Below the pieces are notes generated by a model. The model did no database searches. It worked only from the letters and a program-made list of their open reading frames with translations, and was not told the origin of the DNA. A program made the position numbers and the translations under genes. From Smithellaceae bacterium (GTDB lineage Bacteria; Desulfobacterota; Syntrophia; Syntrophales; Smithellaceae): 64,000 nt of DNA. Position 1 is the stretch's first letter, and every line of letters starts with the position of its first letter. Location: positions 960,001 to 1,024,000 of the forward strand of contig CAXXVL010000001.1 of NCBI GenBank assembly GCA_963667845.2, read 5' to 3'. Positions 43,428 to 56,578 of this stretch are shown here, piece by piece.

Positions 43428-44201
43428 TTATGGACAGTACCTGCGCACCTGCTCCATGACTTTCAGGGATTTGACTTCCTTTCCCAGCACGTAAGTAATG
43501 AAATCACAGAGGATACTGCGGGATTCGGAAGCGAGGTGTTCTGAAAGACAAACCATTTTTATTTTATCGAGAGCCATGTCTTTCCCCATGAGCAGCGTGC
43601 GGACCGTTCCTGCGGAGATACTCTGATCATATCTTTCCGGCCGGGCGCATGATGCGCAAAAAATACCGCCCTCTTTAGGATAAAAATAGTAAGAGGCCCC
43701 GTTGGTCACGGGCGTTTTACAACGGACGCAGGCCGCAAGCGCCGGTTCGAACCCGGAAATTTTTAAAAGACGCATTTCGAAAAAACGAACGGCGGCATCT
43801 GTGACATTTTCCCGTGTCAGCAGCGACAGGAAGTCCGCAAGCAGTGTAAAAAGGCTTTCACTGGATTTTCCTTCCGGACTGAAATGATCGGCCAGATCGA
43901 TGAAGTAGGAGGCGGCAAGCGTCTTTTCCAGGTCCTGTCTGATGGGCGCGTAGTGTTCGATGATGTCGCAGGCTTCAATGAAAGCCAGGGCGTCGCGGTG
44001 TTTCCTCGAAAAGATGATCTGAGTGAGCGAAAAGGGTTCAAAGACATTGGCGAATCGTTTCTTGCTTCTTTTGGCTCCCTTGGCGATTCCCTGGATCTTG
44101 CCAAACTCACGGCTATAGAACGTGACGATTAAATCGGATTCTCCGTAGCTTATACTCTTCAGAACAAATCCTGAGGCTTTATGACTTTCCCGGGCGCTCA
44201 T
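43428..44201 (-). CDS. recO: DNA repair protein RecO
   Basis: YGESDLIV, GIAKGAKRSKKRF, CxxC Zn motifs. The ATG overlaps the pyrC stop. Confidence 0.95.
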   Translation of the reverse strand: MSARESHKASGFVLKSISYGESDLIVTFYSREFGKIQGIAKGAKRSKKRFANVFEPFSLTQIIFSRKHRDALAFIEACDIIEHYAPIRQDLEKTLAASYFIDLADHFSPEGKSSESLFTLLADFLSLLTRENVTDAAVRFFEMRLLKISGFEPALAACVRCKTPVTNGASYYFYPKEGGIFCASCARPERYDQSISAGTVRTLLMGKDMALDKIKMVCLSEHLASESRSILCDFITYVLGKEVKSLKVMEQVRRYCP

Positions 44202-45487
44202 GGCGTAGACGAAGATCCGTCGTATTTGATGTCGCCGCCGACGATCGTCAAAATGGCCCGTCCTCTCATCTCGCGGCCATGGAAAGGTGAGTTTTTGCCG
44301 CGGGAGCGAAAGGTCCTCAGATCCACTTTCCATTGCAGGTCGGGGTTGATCACAGTGATGTCCGCATCGGATCCCGGAGTCAGCGTTCCTTTGGCCAGAT
44401 TCAAAATGCGCGCCGGGCTATAGCTCATCTTCATGACCAGTTCCGGCCAGGTGAGAATGCCTTCGTGCACCAGGCTCATACTCAACCCCAGAGATGTTTC
44501 CAGACCGCTAATGCCGTTTGCCGCATATTCGAATTCTACTTCCTTGTCCGTACGTCCATGCGGCGCGTGATCGCAGGCAATAGCGTCAAGGGTGCCGTCC
44601 GCCAGAGCTTCTTTAACAGCAATAACATCTTCCGCGCTCCTCAATGGCGGGCTGACTTTATAATGGGTGTCATAGCCCTGAAGCGATTCGTCGGTTAGGG
44701 TGAAATAATGCGGGGCGGTTTCGGCCGTCACATTCAATCCCCGTGCTTTAGCGTCGCGAATCAGACGCACGGCGCCTGCCGTGCTGACATGCGCGATATG
44801 AACCCGCGCCCGGCAATATTCGGCAATCAGGATATCGCGGGCAATCATGACCTCTTCCGCAATGGCGGGAATGCCCGGCAGCCCGAGCATCGTGGCGTAG
44901 TACCCCTCGTTCATCAAACCGCCCGCGGAGAGGTTTTTGTCTTCGCAATGCTGGATGACCGGCAGATCCAGAGAATGGGCGTATTCCAGCGCCCGTCGCA
45001 TCAGGGCGGCATCCATGACCGGTTTCCCATCGTCGGACAGAGCGAACACCCCCGCGTCTTTCAAATCCCAGAATTCCGTCAACTGCTTGCCTTCCGAACC
45101 GACGCTGATCGCACCGATGGGATAAACATTGGCCAGGCCGGCTTCTGCGGCTTTGCGGCGGATGAACTCGGTGATGGATCGGTTATCATTCACGGGTTCG
45201 GTGTTGGGCATGCAGGCTATGGTGGTAAATCCGCCGGCAACGGCAGCGGCTGATCCCGTGGCGATGGTTTCCTTATACTCCAGGCCCGGCTCGCGCAGAT
45301 GGACGTGCATGTCGATTAATCCCGGCGTGAGAATCATGCCGGCGAGGTCAATGACCTCCGTGTCTGTTCCCGCCCTCAAGGCAGGTGCGCAAGATTTGAT
45401 TTTCCCACCGTCAATTAGAATATCCATGGGGCCGTCGATTTTTTGTGAAGGGTCAATCACCCTTGAACCTTTTAATAACAATTTCAT
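44198..45487 (-). CDS. pyrC: Dihydroorotase
   Basis: [23 protein letters not shown]. Confidence 0.97.
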   Translation of the reverse strand: MKLLLKGSRVIDPSQKIDGPMDILIDGGKIKSCAPALRAGTDTEVIDLAGMILTPGLIDMHVHLREPGLEYKETIATGSAAAVAGGFTTIACMPNTEPVNDNRSITEFIRRKAAEAGLANVYPIGAISVGSEGKQLTEFWDLKDAGVFALSDDGKPVMDAALMRRALEYAHSLDLPVIQHCEDKNLSAGGLMNEGYYATMLGLPGIPAIAEEVMIARDILIAEYCRARVHIAHVSTAGAVRLIRDAKARGLNVTAETAPHYFTLTDESLQGYDTHYKVSPPLRSAEDVIAVKEALADGTLDAIACDHAPHGRTDKEVEFEYAANGISGLETSLGLSMSLVHEGILTWPELVMKMSYSPARILNLAKGTLTPGSDADITVINPDLQWKVDLRTFRSRGKNSPFHGREMRGRAILTIVGGDIKYDGSSSTP

Positions 45488-46413
45488 TCGTTCCCTCCGG
45501 AAAGCAGGTAAAGCAGGGCCATTCTGACGGCAACACCGTTGTTGACCTGGTCCAGGATGACGGAATAATTCGGATCGTCGGCGATATCGGGTGAAATCTC
45601 TACACCGCGGTTCATGGGACCCGGATGCATGACGATAGCGTCAGGTTTTGCCAGTTTAATGTTTTTACGATTCAGACAGTAGTGCTGGGCATATTCACGA
45701 AGCGAGGGGAAAATATTCTGTTTCTGCCGCTCGAGTTGTATGCGCAGCATCATGACGACATCGGCATCCACAATGGCATCTTCAAGCTTTGCGTAGGCTT
45801 TGACGCCCATGCGTTCGATGTCTCGCGGCATCATGGTCGCGGGACCGGCGACCACAACCTGGGCGCCCATCTTGGATAACCCGTAAATATTGGAGCGGGC
45901 AACCCTGCTGTGCAGGATATCGCCGACCAGCGCAACTTTCAGCCCCGCAATTTTTCCTTTTTTCTCTTTGATCGTCATCATGTCGAGGAGTGCTTGTGAA
46001 GGGTGTTCATGTGCGCCGTCGCCGGCATTGATGATGGACTGACGGACGAGCCTCGCCAGCAGGTGCGGAGCGCCGGCGGCGCTGTGTCTGAGGACAATGA
46101 TGTCCGGGTTCATGGCTTCCAGATTGCGGGCGGTGTCCATGAGCGTTTCGCCCTTGACCACCGAACTGGTCGAGGCTGAAATATTGATCGTATCGGCGCT
46201 GAGTCTTTTGCCGGCTATTTCAAAAGAAGTTCGGGTGCGCGTGCTGGCTTCATAAAACAGGTTGATAACGCTCTTGCCGCGCAGGGTCGGCACTTTCTTA
46301 ATCTCGCGCGTCGAAATTTCCAGAAAAGATTCGGCCGTTTCCAAAATCAGGTTGATTTCGTCAACAGACATTTCCTGGATACCCAGGATGTCTTTTTTTC
46401 CAAGTTTCATCAT
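45484..46413 (-). CDS. pyrB: Aspartate carbamoyltransferase catalytic subunit
   Basis: [30 protein letters not shown]. Confidence 0.97.
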   Translation of the reverse strand: MMKLGKKDILGIQEMSVDEINLILETAESFLEISTREIKKVPTLRGKSVINLFYEASTRTRTSFEIAGKRLSADTINISASTSSVVKGETLMDTARNLEAMNPDIIVLRHSAAGAPHLLARLVRQSIINAGDGAHEHPSQALLDMMTIKEKKGKIAGLKVALVGDILHSRVARSNIYGLSKMGAQVVVAGPATMMPRDIERMGVKAYAKLEDAIVDADVVMMLRIQLERQKQNIFPSLREYAQHYCLNRKNIKLAKPDAIVMHPGPMNRGVEISPDIADDPNYSVILDQVNNGVAVRMALLYLLSGGNE

Positions 46414-46440
46414 ACACTTTGCCTTGTCGGTATTAAAAAA

Positions 46441-46998
<558 letters not shown>

Positions 46999-47057
46999 TC
47001 AATGACTCATCAGGATCTAGATAGGTCTAAAATGTTCTGCTTTCTTCAAGATGCTTC

Positions 47058-47150
47058 AATCCCGCTTAAGCGGGACGAGCTCTCCGTAACTTGCTGCGAA
47101 ATAATGACATTCATTGCACGCCTCGACAGCTTGCTTCGAGGTTGTTGATT
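47058..47150 (+). repeat. Dispersed REP-like element, copy 2 (inside the pyrR leader)
   Basis: aatcccgcttaagcgggacgagc...agcttgcttcgaggttgttgatt. Confidence 0.75.
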
Positions 47151-47180
47151 GCTGTCGATTGAAAATTCATAAACAGGCAT

Positions 47181-47284
47181 AAAAAAAGCCTTTCCCCTTG
47201 CGGAGAAAGGCTTTTATAAACGTTGCGCTTACTGTTTTCATTGTATCGTCCTTTTTCAATCTCGCCGGATCAAATTAAAAGGTT
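47181..47284 (-). promoter_or_regulatory. PyrR-binding attenuator (binding loop + terminator)
   Basis: Minus strand ccttttaa-tttGATCCGGCGAGATTgaaaaagg resembles the CUUUAA...ARUCCNGNGAGGYU consensus. Terminator aaagcctttctccgcaaggggaaaggcttttttt follows; TTGACA at 47321-47326. Confidence 0.85.
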
Positions 47285-47399
47285 AACTCGTGGATCTTTC
47301 TTACAACGAGGCTGCTTCGATGTCAAGGCAAAAAAGGCGAAAATGCTTTCCTTTGAAAATCATAAATGATATACGGTGGCCGCCTGGAGGGAAATAACT

Positions 47400-48662
47400 A
47401 TGGCGATAAATCGCGAACCTCAGGTTTTTTTGTTTCTGAGTCAAATCCTGGGGAGGAACATCATTGGGGCTACGGGCGAGACGTTAGGCCGGGTGTATGA
47501 TTTGACGGCTGAATTTGTCGATCCCTATCCGATTGTCACCGGCATCACTCTGCGTTCCGCACGGAAAGAAAATCCGGTCGTCATCCCGTGGAAAGACGTT
47601 GTGGATATGGATGAAGCCATATCGGTGTCGGAGTCATCCATTCAGGACCTGTCAGTGCTCCGCTTAAGAGATGGAGAGGTGCTGCTCAAGGACGCTCTCC
47701 TGGACAAGCAGGTTGTTGATACAGACGGCGCCAAAATTCGACGGGTCAATGATCTGCACTTTCTTAAAACACGGCACGGCCTTCATCTTGTCCATGTGGA
47801 TGTCGGCTTTCGCGGGTTGATCCGCCGCGTCGGTCTCATCCACATGTTCGACGCCATTTTCAGGGGTCTTTTCGACTATCAGTTGCCCAATAACTTGATC
47901 CCGTGGAAATTCACGCAGCCGCTCAGTTCACCGAATCTCCTGCAGTTGAACATCGCCCAGAACCGGTTGGGGCAAATTCATCCGGCCGATCTGGCGGATA
48001 TTCTGGAAGAACTCGATATTAAGCAGCGCTCAGCCGTATTCCAGGCTTTGGATGTGGAAACCGCCGCGGAAACGCTGGAGGAGACGGATCCGAAAATTCA
48101 GGTCAGCCTGATCAATGACCTCAATTCGGAAAAGGCGTCGGATATTATCGAAGAAATGTCTCTTTCCGAAGCGGCCGACCTCATCGGAGATCTGCCGAAA
48201 GCCAAGGCAGAAGGCATTTTAAAAGAAATGGAAAAAGATATTGCCGATGACGTCAAGGAACTTATGGCTCATCCGGAACGGGAAGCAGGCGGTATCATGA
48301 CCACGTCCTACCTGAGTTTCCGTCCTGAAACGACGGTTCGGGAAGCACTCGATAAATTTCGCCAGGAGGCGGCCGATGTTGATCTGGTTTACTACGTTTA
48401 CGTGACGGATGATGAAGAGCGACTGCTGGGCGTCATCAGCCTGCGGGACTTGATTCTTGCCGACTTAGATCAGAAACTGGAGAATATCATGGATGAACGA
48501 GTCGTTGCCGTTAAACTGGATGACAAGCATGACGTCATTGCCGAACAGTTTGCCAAATATGCCGTCACCGCAATCCCCGTTGTGGATGATCAGGAAAGAA
48601 TGCACGGTACCATCATTTTTAAGAATCTTCTCGAAATTGTGGCGCCTCAATTGGGTAAATGA
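47400..48662 (+). CDS. MgtE N-terminal/CBS-domain protein with PRC-barrel (no membrane domain)
   Basis: LDKQVVDTDG, HPADLADILEEL, AGGIMTT, tandem CBS domains. Confidence 0.88.
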   Translation: MAINREPQVFLFLSQILGRNIIGATGETLGRVYDLTAEFVDPYPIVTGITLRSARKENPVVIPWKDVVDMDEAISVSESSIQDLSVLRLRDGEVLLKDALLDKQVVDTDGAKIRRVNDLHFLKTRHGLHLVHVDVGFRGLIRRVGLIHMFDAIFRGLFDYQLPNNLIPWKFTQPLSSPNLLQLNIAQNRLGQIHPADLADILEELDIKQRSAVFQALDVETAAETLEETDPKIQVSLINDLNSEKASDIIEEMSLSEAADLIGDLPKAKAEGILKEMEKDIADDVKELMAHPEREAGGIMTTSYLSFRPETTVREALDKFRQEAADVDLVYYVYVTDDEERLLGVISLRDLILADLDQKLENIMDERVVAVKLDDKHDVIAEQFAKYAVTAIPVVDDQERMHGTIIFKNLLEIVAPQLGK

Positions 48663-48686
48663 CCTTGGACGTGCCGATGGTGACCT

Positions 48687-49946
48687 ATGGAAAAAATTAA
48701 AGCATCCTGGAAGAAAATCATGCAGACCGGCTTGTGGAAACTCGGTCTCTTTTTTGCCTTTATCGGCCCGGGCGTCATTACGTCCAATGTCGATAACGAC
48801 GCCGGCGGCATTACCACTTATTCGCTGGCCGGCGCTCACTATGGACTGAGTCTTCTGTGGATTCTGATTCCCGTTACCGTCGCGTTGATCATCATACAGG
48901 AAATGTGTGCCCGGATGGGCGTGGTTTCAGGCAAAGGGCTTTCTGATCTGATTCGGGAGCGCTTCGGAGCAAAAATCACGTTTTACCTGATGATTATTTT
49001 GTTTCTGGCGAATCTGGGAAATACACTCTGTGAATTCGCCGGTATTGCCGCCAGTATGGAAATATTCGGCGTGAGCAAATACATTTCCGTGCCCGCCGGC
49101 GCTTTCTTTGTCTGGTGGCTGGTGGTTAAGGGAAATTATAAGTCCGTGGAAAAAGTATTTCTCGTGGCCTGTGTTTTCTATCTTTCTTATATTGTGTCCG
49201 GATTTCTGGTTCATCCCGATTGGTCCGCCATCGGCAAGGCGGCGGTCATACCTAACTTGAATTTCGACACGGACATGCTGACCATGGCGATAGGTATTAT
49301 CGGAACCACCATTGCTCCCTGGATGCAATTCTATCTGCAGTCGTCGATCGTGGATAAAGGACTGAAAGCGGAGAGTTATAAATATGCCCGGATGGACGTT
49401 ATTTTCGGCTCCATCACGGTCAATGTCGTCGCTTTTTTTATTGTGATGCTTTGCGCCGTCACATTATTTCACAACGGGCTCAAGATTGAAACGGCAAAAG
49501 ACGCTGCGCTGGCCTTGGCGCCGTTGGCCGGTTCCCACGCCTCATTGCTTTTTGCCTTCGGTCTGCTCAATGCTTCGCTGTTTGCCGCTTCGATCCTTCC
49601 GCTTTCCACCGCATACACCATTTGCGAAGCTTTCGGCTGGGAATCGAGCCTGAACACAAAGTTTATCGAAGCCCCGCAGTTTTACGGTCTTTATTCGCTC
49701 ATGATCTTTCTGGGAGCCGGCATTATTCTCTTGCCCGGTGTGCCGCTGATTGACATTATGTTTTATTCTCAGGTCATCAACGGTATTCTGCTGCCGTTTG
49801 TTTTGATTTTTATGCTGCTGCTGATTAACGACAAACGGATTATGGGGAATTTTGTGAATAGTCGGCTGATGAATATTATTTCCTGGGTAACGGTCGTTAT
49901 CCTGATCGGATTATCTCTGGCGATGGTGATATCGGCTTTCTTCTAG
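48687..49946 (+). CDS. Nramp-family divalent metal transporter (Mg2+-type)
   Basis: GPGVITSNVDNDAGGITTYS, GTTIAPWMQF; multiple TM segments. Confidence 0.92.
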   Translation: MEKIKASWKKIMQTGLWKLGLFFAFIGPGVITSNVDNDAGGITTYSLAGAHYGLSLLWILIPVTVALIIIQEMCARMGVVSGKGLSDLIRERFGAKITFYLMIILFLANLGNTLCEFAGIAASMEIFGVSKYISVPAGAFFVWWLVVKGNYKSVEKVFLVACVFYLSYIVSGFLVHPDWSAIGKAAVIPNLNFDTDMLTMAIGIIGTTIAPWMQFYLQSSIVDKGLKAESYKYARMDVIFGSITVNVVAFFIVMLCAVTLFHNGLKIETAKDAALALAPLAGSHASLLFAFGLLNASLFAASILPLSTAYTICEAFGWESSLNTKFIEAPQFYGLYSLMIFLGAGIILLPGVPLIDIMFYSQVINGILLPFVLIFMLLLINDKRIMGNFVNSRLMNIISWVTVVILIGLSLAMVISAFF

Positions 49947-49968
49947 CGGGTGACTTTCCTGTTTTGCT

Positions 49969-50655
49969 TTAGTGCAATATTTTCCCGAGTCGCTCCCAAC
50001 GAATTTTTTTCAAAAGGCTGTCGTGCTCATCACTGTTCCATGACCAGTAAATGATCAGCGCTTTTCCTTCCACGTCTTTCAAATCAACAAATCCCCAGAA
50101 ACGGCTGTCGGCGCTTTCATCACGATTGTCTCCCATTACAAAAAGTGATCCGGCCGAAACGGTGACCGGACCGAAATTGTCGCGCGGCTGAATGATCGCC
50201 GGGTAGATCGTATTGTCGGAATATATGCCGAAGGAGTCTTTATAGGGTCGATCATTGATCAAGATATTTTTATTCTTAATTTCGATCTTATCACCGGCCA
50301 CGCCGATGACCCGTTTAATGTAGTCTTTGGTGCGGTCATTGGGGTAAATAAAAACGATGATATCACCGCGCTTCGGATCGGTTACGGGAATAAGGAGTCT
50401 TCTGATGACGGGGATTTTTACGCCATAAATGAATTTGTTTACCAGGAGGTGGTCACCGACAAGCAGGGTCGGCACCATCGACCGGGAAGGAATCTTATAG
50501 GCCTGCACGACAAACGTCCGGATAACGACGGCGATCAAAATGGCGATAATAATCGCTTCTATGTATTCTTGAACTTTTGATTTTGATGCCGGGTCTTTTC
50601 TTTTCTCCGGTTTTTCATTGATGATATTTTTTGTCTTGCTTTTAGTTTCATTCAT
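49969..50655 (-). CDS. lepB: Signal peptidase I
   Basis: IPSRSMVPTL, YIKRVIG, GDNRDESADSRFWG. Confidence 0.96.
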   Translation of the reverse strand: MNETKSKTKNIINEKPEKRKDPASKSKVQEYIEAIIIAILIAVVIRTFVVQAYKIPSRSMVPTLLVGDHLLVNKFIYGVKIPVIRRLLIPVTDPKRGDIIVFIYPNDRTKDYIKRVIGVAGDKIEIKNKNILINDRPYKDSFGIYSDNTIYPAIIQPRDNFGPVTVSAGSLFVMGDNRDESADSRFWGFVDLKDVEGKALIIYWSWNSDEHDSLLKKIRWERLGKILH

Positions 50656-50670
50656 GACAGTGGGGAACTC

Positions 50671-51183
50671 CTAAGAGTAAATAGCGGCTAAAGAAACAAA
50701 AATCATAATCAAAGCAAGAGAACCCTTAAGCACCTTCCGACCCATCATGGCAAAGAAGGCACTGTTGGATATCTGCTGAGGGGCTTTGAGCCGGTACTGG
50801 CGGAGCAGTTCCACAACCAATATGCCGGTCAAACCTCCAAGGAAAAACCCTGCCCAGGTTCCGAGCCCCCACAACAGCGGTGTCAAAATAATCATGCCTA
50901 TGGTCGCACCAATAGCAGCAGCCCAGAGGGATCTCTTAATAACGGGCGTTTTATGCGCCTTGGTCAATCCCGTCACGAAATCCAGCGTTTCGGCTAAAAT
51001 GGCAAAGCAAAGGAGGAACAAAAGAACTTTCCATCCGACTTGCCCGAAACCGGTAAAAAAGCCATAAAGTAGAACATCCAGGAAAATGACGATGGTTCCC
51101 GGCAATCCAAATAAACTCAGATAAATGCCGATAAACAACAGGAGTATAAACGCTACAAACCCTGTCGAGGCCAAGGATGACAA
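50671..51183 (-). CDS. DUF456-like membrane protein
   Basis: LFGLPGT motif and several TM helices; TTG start next to the secF stop. Confidence 0.75.
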   Translation of the reverse strand: MSSLASTGFVAFILLLFIGIYLSLFGLPGTIVIFLDVLLYGFFTGFGQVGWKVLLFLLCFAILAETLDFVTGLTKAHKTPVIKRSLWAAAIGATIGMIILTPLLWGLGTWAGFFLGGLTGILVVELLRQYRLKAPQQISNSAFFAMMGRKVLKGSLALIMIFVSLAAIYS

Positions 51184-51184
51184 A

Positions 51185-52099
51185 TTATTTCTTCCTTTTC
51201 ATTTTTGCAGGCCGCCATTTTTCAAAAAACAGCACGATCGTGCAGGCGATATAGATGGAAGAATAAGTGCCTATGACGACGCCGACCAGCATGGCAAAAG
51301 CAAAATCACGGATGACCGCTCCACCGAAAATAAACAAAGCCAGAACGGTGAAGAAAACAGTCAGCGAGGTTAAGACCGTTCTGCTGAGTGTCTGATTGAT
51401 ACTCGCATTAATAACATCTCCCAGTTTCCGTTTCGGATTTAATTTCACATTTTCCCGAATTCTATCTAATGTGACGATTGTATCGTTAATGGAAAAGCCG
51501 ATAATGAAAATGAGGGATGCCAGAATAGATATGGTAAATTCCATATTCATGATGGAGACGGCGCCCATCGTAATGACGACGTCATGAACGAGAGCGAGAA
51601 TTCCTCCCGCAGCGTAGCGGAACTCAAAACGCCAGCCGACATAAATCAGCATTGCCAGCCAGGAAAGAACGACTGCAATGACGGCTTTGCGCTTGAAATC
51701 CGAACCGACTTTGGAGCCAACGACTTCCACACGCCGAATTTCATAGTCTTTGTTGAAAGCGGCGGAGAGGGGTTGCTCGACGTTGGCCGCCAGCATCTTC
51801 TGATCGGAGAAAGATTCGGATGTGCGGATCAGAAATTCATTAACCCCGAACTGTTGAATGATACTGTTTTCCAGTTTGGTTGATTTCAAGGCTGTGCGGA
51901 TCTGGTCTGCGGAAACAGTTTTCGAGAATTTAACCTGAATGATTGAACCGCCGGCGAAATCAATACCGGGATTCAAACCGCCGTGATAGATAATCGATCC
52001 GATGCCGACGATGATCAGGATTGCTGAAAAAATCACCGCGTACTTCATTTTCCCAACAAAATCAATGTTGACTCCTGGCTTTATCAACTCCATGCTCAT
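51185..52099 (-). CDS. secF: Protein translocase subunit SecF
   Basis: GIDFAGG, HDVVI, GFSINDTIV, QTLSRT, GTYSSI. Confidence 0.97.
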   Translation of the reverse strand: MSMELIKPGVNIDFVGKMKYAVIFSAILIIVGIGSIIYHGGLNPGIDFAGGSIIQVKFSKTVSADQIRTALKSTKLENSIIQQFGVNEFLIRTSESFSDQKMLAANVEQPLSAAFNKDYEIRRVEVVGSKVGSDFKRKAVIAVVLSWLAMLIYVGWRFEFRYAAGGILALVHDVVITMGAVSIMNMEFTISILASLIFIIGFSINDTIVTLDRIRENVKLNPKRKLGDVINASINQTLSRTVLTSLTVFFTVLALFIFGGAVIRDFAFAMLVGVVIGTYSSIYIACTIVLFFEKWRPAKMKRKK

Positions 52100-52126
52100 A
52101 CTATATCTCCTGCGTGCGCTCGAATT

Positions 52127-53728
52127 TTAAATGCTCAATTTTTTAATATTATAGTTCCAGGTAACATAATCGAAGATTACCCTCGTTATGAAAATGGCGG
52201 TAAAGAGACTGGCCAGAAGGCCAATAATTGTGGTTACCGCGAATCCCTTGACCGGGCCGGTGCCGAAGATGACGAGCAAAACAGCGGCGACGATACCGGT
52301 AATATGCGTGTCAATGATCGTAATAAAAGCTCGATCATAGCCTGTATCCAGAGCCAGGCGGACAGTTTTTCCCGTTCTTAATTCTTCGCGGATTCTTTCA
52401 AAAATGAGAATATTGGCATCCACCGCAACACCGACGGTGAGCAGCATACCGGCGATGCCCGGCAGGGTCAGAGTTGCCCGGAAAACGGCAAGAACAGCCA
52501 GGATCAGCACGATGTTGACAATGAGGGCCAGATCGGCAACCGCACCGGAAAGCCGGTAATAAATTAACATGAATAAAATGACCAGAAGCGATCCGATCAT
52601 CGTCGCCAGAATGCCTTGCCGGATCGAATCGCTGCCCAGCGAAGGTCCGACCGTTCTTTCTTCCAGAATATTAACCGGAGCGGGCAGGGCGCCGGCGCGA
52701 AGAATAATAGCCAGGTCGCGCGCCTCGTCCATGGTGAAATTTCCGGTAATTTGAGCCTGTCCGCCGGAGATTCTTTCCTGGATGACGGGCGCCGAATAGA
52801 CCACACCGTCCAGCACAATGGCCATGCGCTTACGGACATTTTCATTGGTGATGCGGTCGAAATCTGCAGCACCTTGTGAATTGAATTTGATAGAGACGTG
52901 CGGTTCGCCGAAACGGTCGGAAATTTGTACTTTAGCGGTTTCCAGCGAGGCGCCGGTCAGCACGGTTTTGTTTTTCAGTAAATAGGGGACCCGGCCTTTT
53001 TGACCGCTGGATTTATCCTCCCGCGAGCCATAGGCAATAATGTCGCCATCCGGGATATTGCCGCGCAGCGCTTCATCCAGGGAATGTTCATCGTCTACAA
53101 TTTTGAATTCGAGAAGTGCCGTCTTGCCAATCAGATTTTTGGCTCTTTCAGGATCCTTGACACCGGGCAATTGAATCAATATCCGGTTATCGCCTTCCGG
53201 TACAATTTCCGGCTCCGCAATGCCGAACTGGTCCACACGATTGCGGATGGTTTCCAGAGAATGTTCAACGGTTAATTTTTTCAGTTCAATTGCTCTCTTG
53301 TCCTTTATTTTTAATTGGATAAGTTGCCCACCGTCACGAGGCGCGCTTGATGCTATTTCCAGGTCGGGAAACTGATCCTGCAACACTTTATCCAGGGCGG
53401 GTTTGCCGGCTGACTCTGTCAACTCCAGTGCAATTGTAGCGCCTTTTGTTTTTTCTACATTACGGAAACGCACTTTGTTATCCATCAATGATTCTTTTAG
53501 ATCATTGGATGTTCTCTCCATCATGGCTTCCAGCGCTTTGTCCGTATCGATTTCCATAAGAAGGTGCATTCCACCCTGCAAATCCAGACCAAGGTGAATT
53601 TTTTCCTTGGGCAGATATTGATTCCAGGGCGACGGAATCTCGGAAATAAAGGTCGGTATCAAAAAATAAACAGCAGCAAGGCATACAGCCACCGTAATGG
53701 CCAATCTGATTTTCAAAGACTTGAACAT
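52127..53728 (-). CDS. secD: Protein translocase subunit SecD
   Basis: LGLDLQGG, LRAGALPAP, VDANILIFERIREE. Confidence 0.97.
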   Translation of the reverse strand: MFKSLKIRLAITVAVCLAAVYFLIPTFISEIPSPWNQYLPKEKIHLGLDLQGGMHLLMEIDTDKALEAMMERTSNDLKESLMDNKVRFRNVEKTKGATIALELTESAGKPALDKVLQDQFPDLEIASSAPRDGGQLIQLKIKDKRAIELKKLTVEHSLETIRNRVDQFGIAEPEIVPEGDNRILIQLPGVKDPERAKNLIGKTALLEFKIVDDEHSLDEALRGNIPDGDIIAYGSREDKSSGQKGRVPYLLKNKTVLTGASLETAKVQISDRFGEPHVSIKFNSQGAADFDRITNENVRKRMAIVLDGVVYSAPVIQERISGGQAQITGNFTMDEARDLAIILRAGALPAPVNILEERTVGPSLGSDSIRQGILATMIGSLLVILFMLIYYRLSGAVADLALIVNIVLILAVLAVFRATLTLPGIAGMLLTVGVAVDANILIFERIREELRTGKTVRLALDTGYDRAFITIIDTHITGIVAAVLLVIFGTGPVKGFAVTTIIGLLASLFTAIFITRVIFDYVTWNYNIKKLSI

Positions 53729-53754
53729 GAAATGCCCCTTTCTATACTATGACA

Positions 53755-55280
<1,526 letters not shown>

Positions 55281-56321
55281 CTATAAAATCAACATGCAGT
55301 CGCCGTAACTGTAAAAGAAATAGCGCTTTTCAACAGCTTCGGCATATGATTCCCTGATAAAATCCATGCCGGCAAATGCCGAAACCAGCAAAAACAAAGA
55401 CGACCGGGGCAAATGGAAATTTGTCAAAAGACCATTGACTCTCTTGAAGGAATACCCGGGATAAATAAAGAGTCGCGTTTCACCCGATTGCGGCTTGACA
55501 TATCCGTTGCTGTCCGCGACGCTTTCCAGCGTTCGCGTCGACGTTGTACCGACGGCAATGACTCTCCGGGCGTTATTGATTATATTCGCCGCTTCAGTTG
55601 TAATTTCATAAAATTCCGTTTCCATGACATGGTCTTCAATCGTTTCCGTTTCAATAGGTAAAAACGTTCCAATACCTACATGAAGCGTAATCGACGCGAT
55701 CTGAATGCCTTTGGTGCGAAGCGTATTCAAAACCTCGGAAGAAAAATGCAGGCCGGCGGTAGGAGCGGCGATTGAGCCCGCCGTTTTGGCATAGATGGTC
55801 TGATAGCGGTCGCGATCATCTGTCTGATCCGGAGCCATGCTTCTTCTTCGTTTAATATAGGGGGGGAGAGGAGCACGGCCGAACCGCTCCAGATAGTTAT
55901 TAAACCCGTCCTTAGCGCTCATTGCCATCAGCCATTTCTTATCCGACAGTCTGGCGATGACTTGAGCTTCACAGGAATGACCGAGATCGATCACGTCATT
56001 TTCCTTCAGTCTTTTTGCGGGTCGCGCCAGCACTTCCCACAATTCCTTGCCATCGATCTTTTCTTTGCAGGTTAAAAGCAGAATTTCGAGAAGCCCCCCG
56101 GAGGGTTTTTTCCCGTAAATTCTCGCCGGGATGACACGCGAGTCGTTAACGACCAGGACATCGCCCCGTTGCAGATTTTCCGGCAGGGAAGAGAAATGAC
56201 AGTCTGCTATGGTTCTTTTGTCGCGACGAAGCAGCATCATGCGGGAAGCATCCCTTTGGTGTCGCGGATGCTGCGCGATCAAGTCATCGGGTAAAAAATA
56301 TGAAAAATCATTTAACTGCAT
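55281..56321 (-). CDS. queA: S-adenosylmethionine:tRNA ribosyltransferase-isomerase
   Basis: PLPPYI, AAPTAGLHF, TNFHLPRS, YSYGD. Confidence 0.97.
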   Translation of the reverse strand: MQLNDFSYFLPDDLIAQHPRHQRDASRMMLLRRDKRTIADCHFSSLPENLQRGDVLVVNDSRVIPARIYGKKPSGGLLEILLLTCKEKIDGKELWEVLARPAKRLKENDVIDLGHSCEAQVIARLSDKKWLMAMSAKDGFNNYLERFGRAPLPPYIKRRRSMAPDQTDDRDRYQTIYAKTAGSIAAPTAGLHFSSEVLNTLRTKGIQIASITLHVGIGTFLPIETETIEDHVMETEFYEITTEAANIINNARRVIAVGTTSTRTLESVADSNGYVKPQSGETRLFIYPGYSFKRVNGLLTNFHLPRSSLFLLVSAFAGMDFIRESYAEAVEKRYFFYSYGDCMLIL

Positions 56322-56389
56322 GGCATACCTGGCAAAAGTGGAAAATTTTAAGCAAACAATCAGAATAATCTGCAGCTGTCAATCAATTA

Positions 56390-56575
56390 TCAGCGTCGTC
56401 CGAAGTAAAGCAGGATTAAACCAAGAATAATAGCGGTGATGCCGAAACCCCGCAAAGCGGTATCTGGCAGCGTCGTAATCTTAATCAGATAGATTTTCAA
56501 TTTTTCAGGAAAAACCAGATACGGCAATCCTTCGATAATAAAAACCATGCCCAGCACGCAAAGGAAATAATCCAA
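56390..56575 (-). CDS. DUF2065-type small membrane protein
   Basis: LGMVFIIEGLPYLVFP...LRGFG. Confidence 0.85.
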   Translation of the reverse strand: MDYFLCVLGMVFIIEGLPYLVFPEKLKIYLIKITTLPDTALRGFGITAIILGLILLYFGRR

Positions 56576-56578
56576 TTT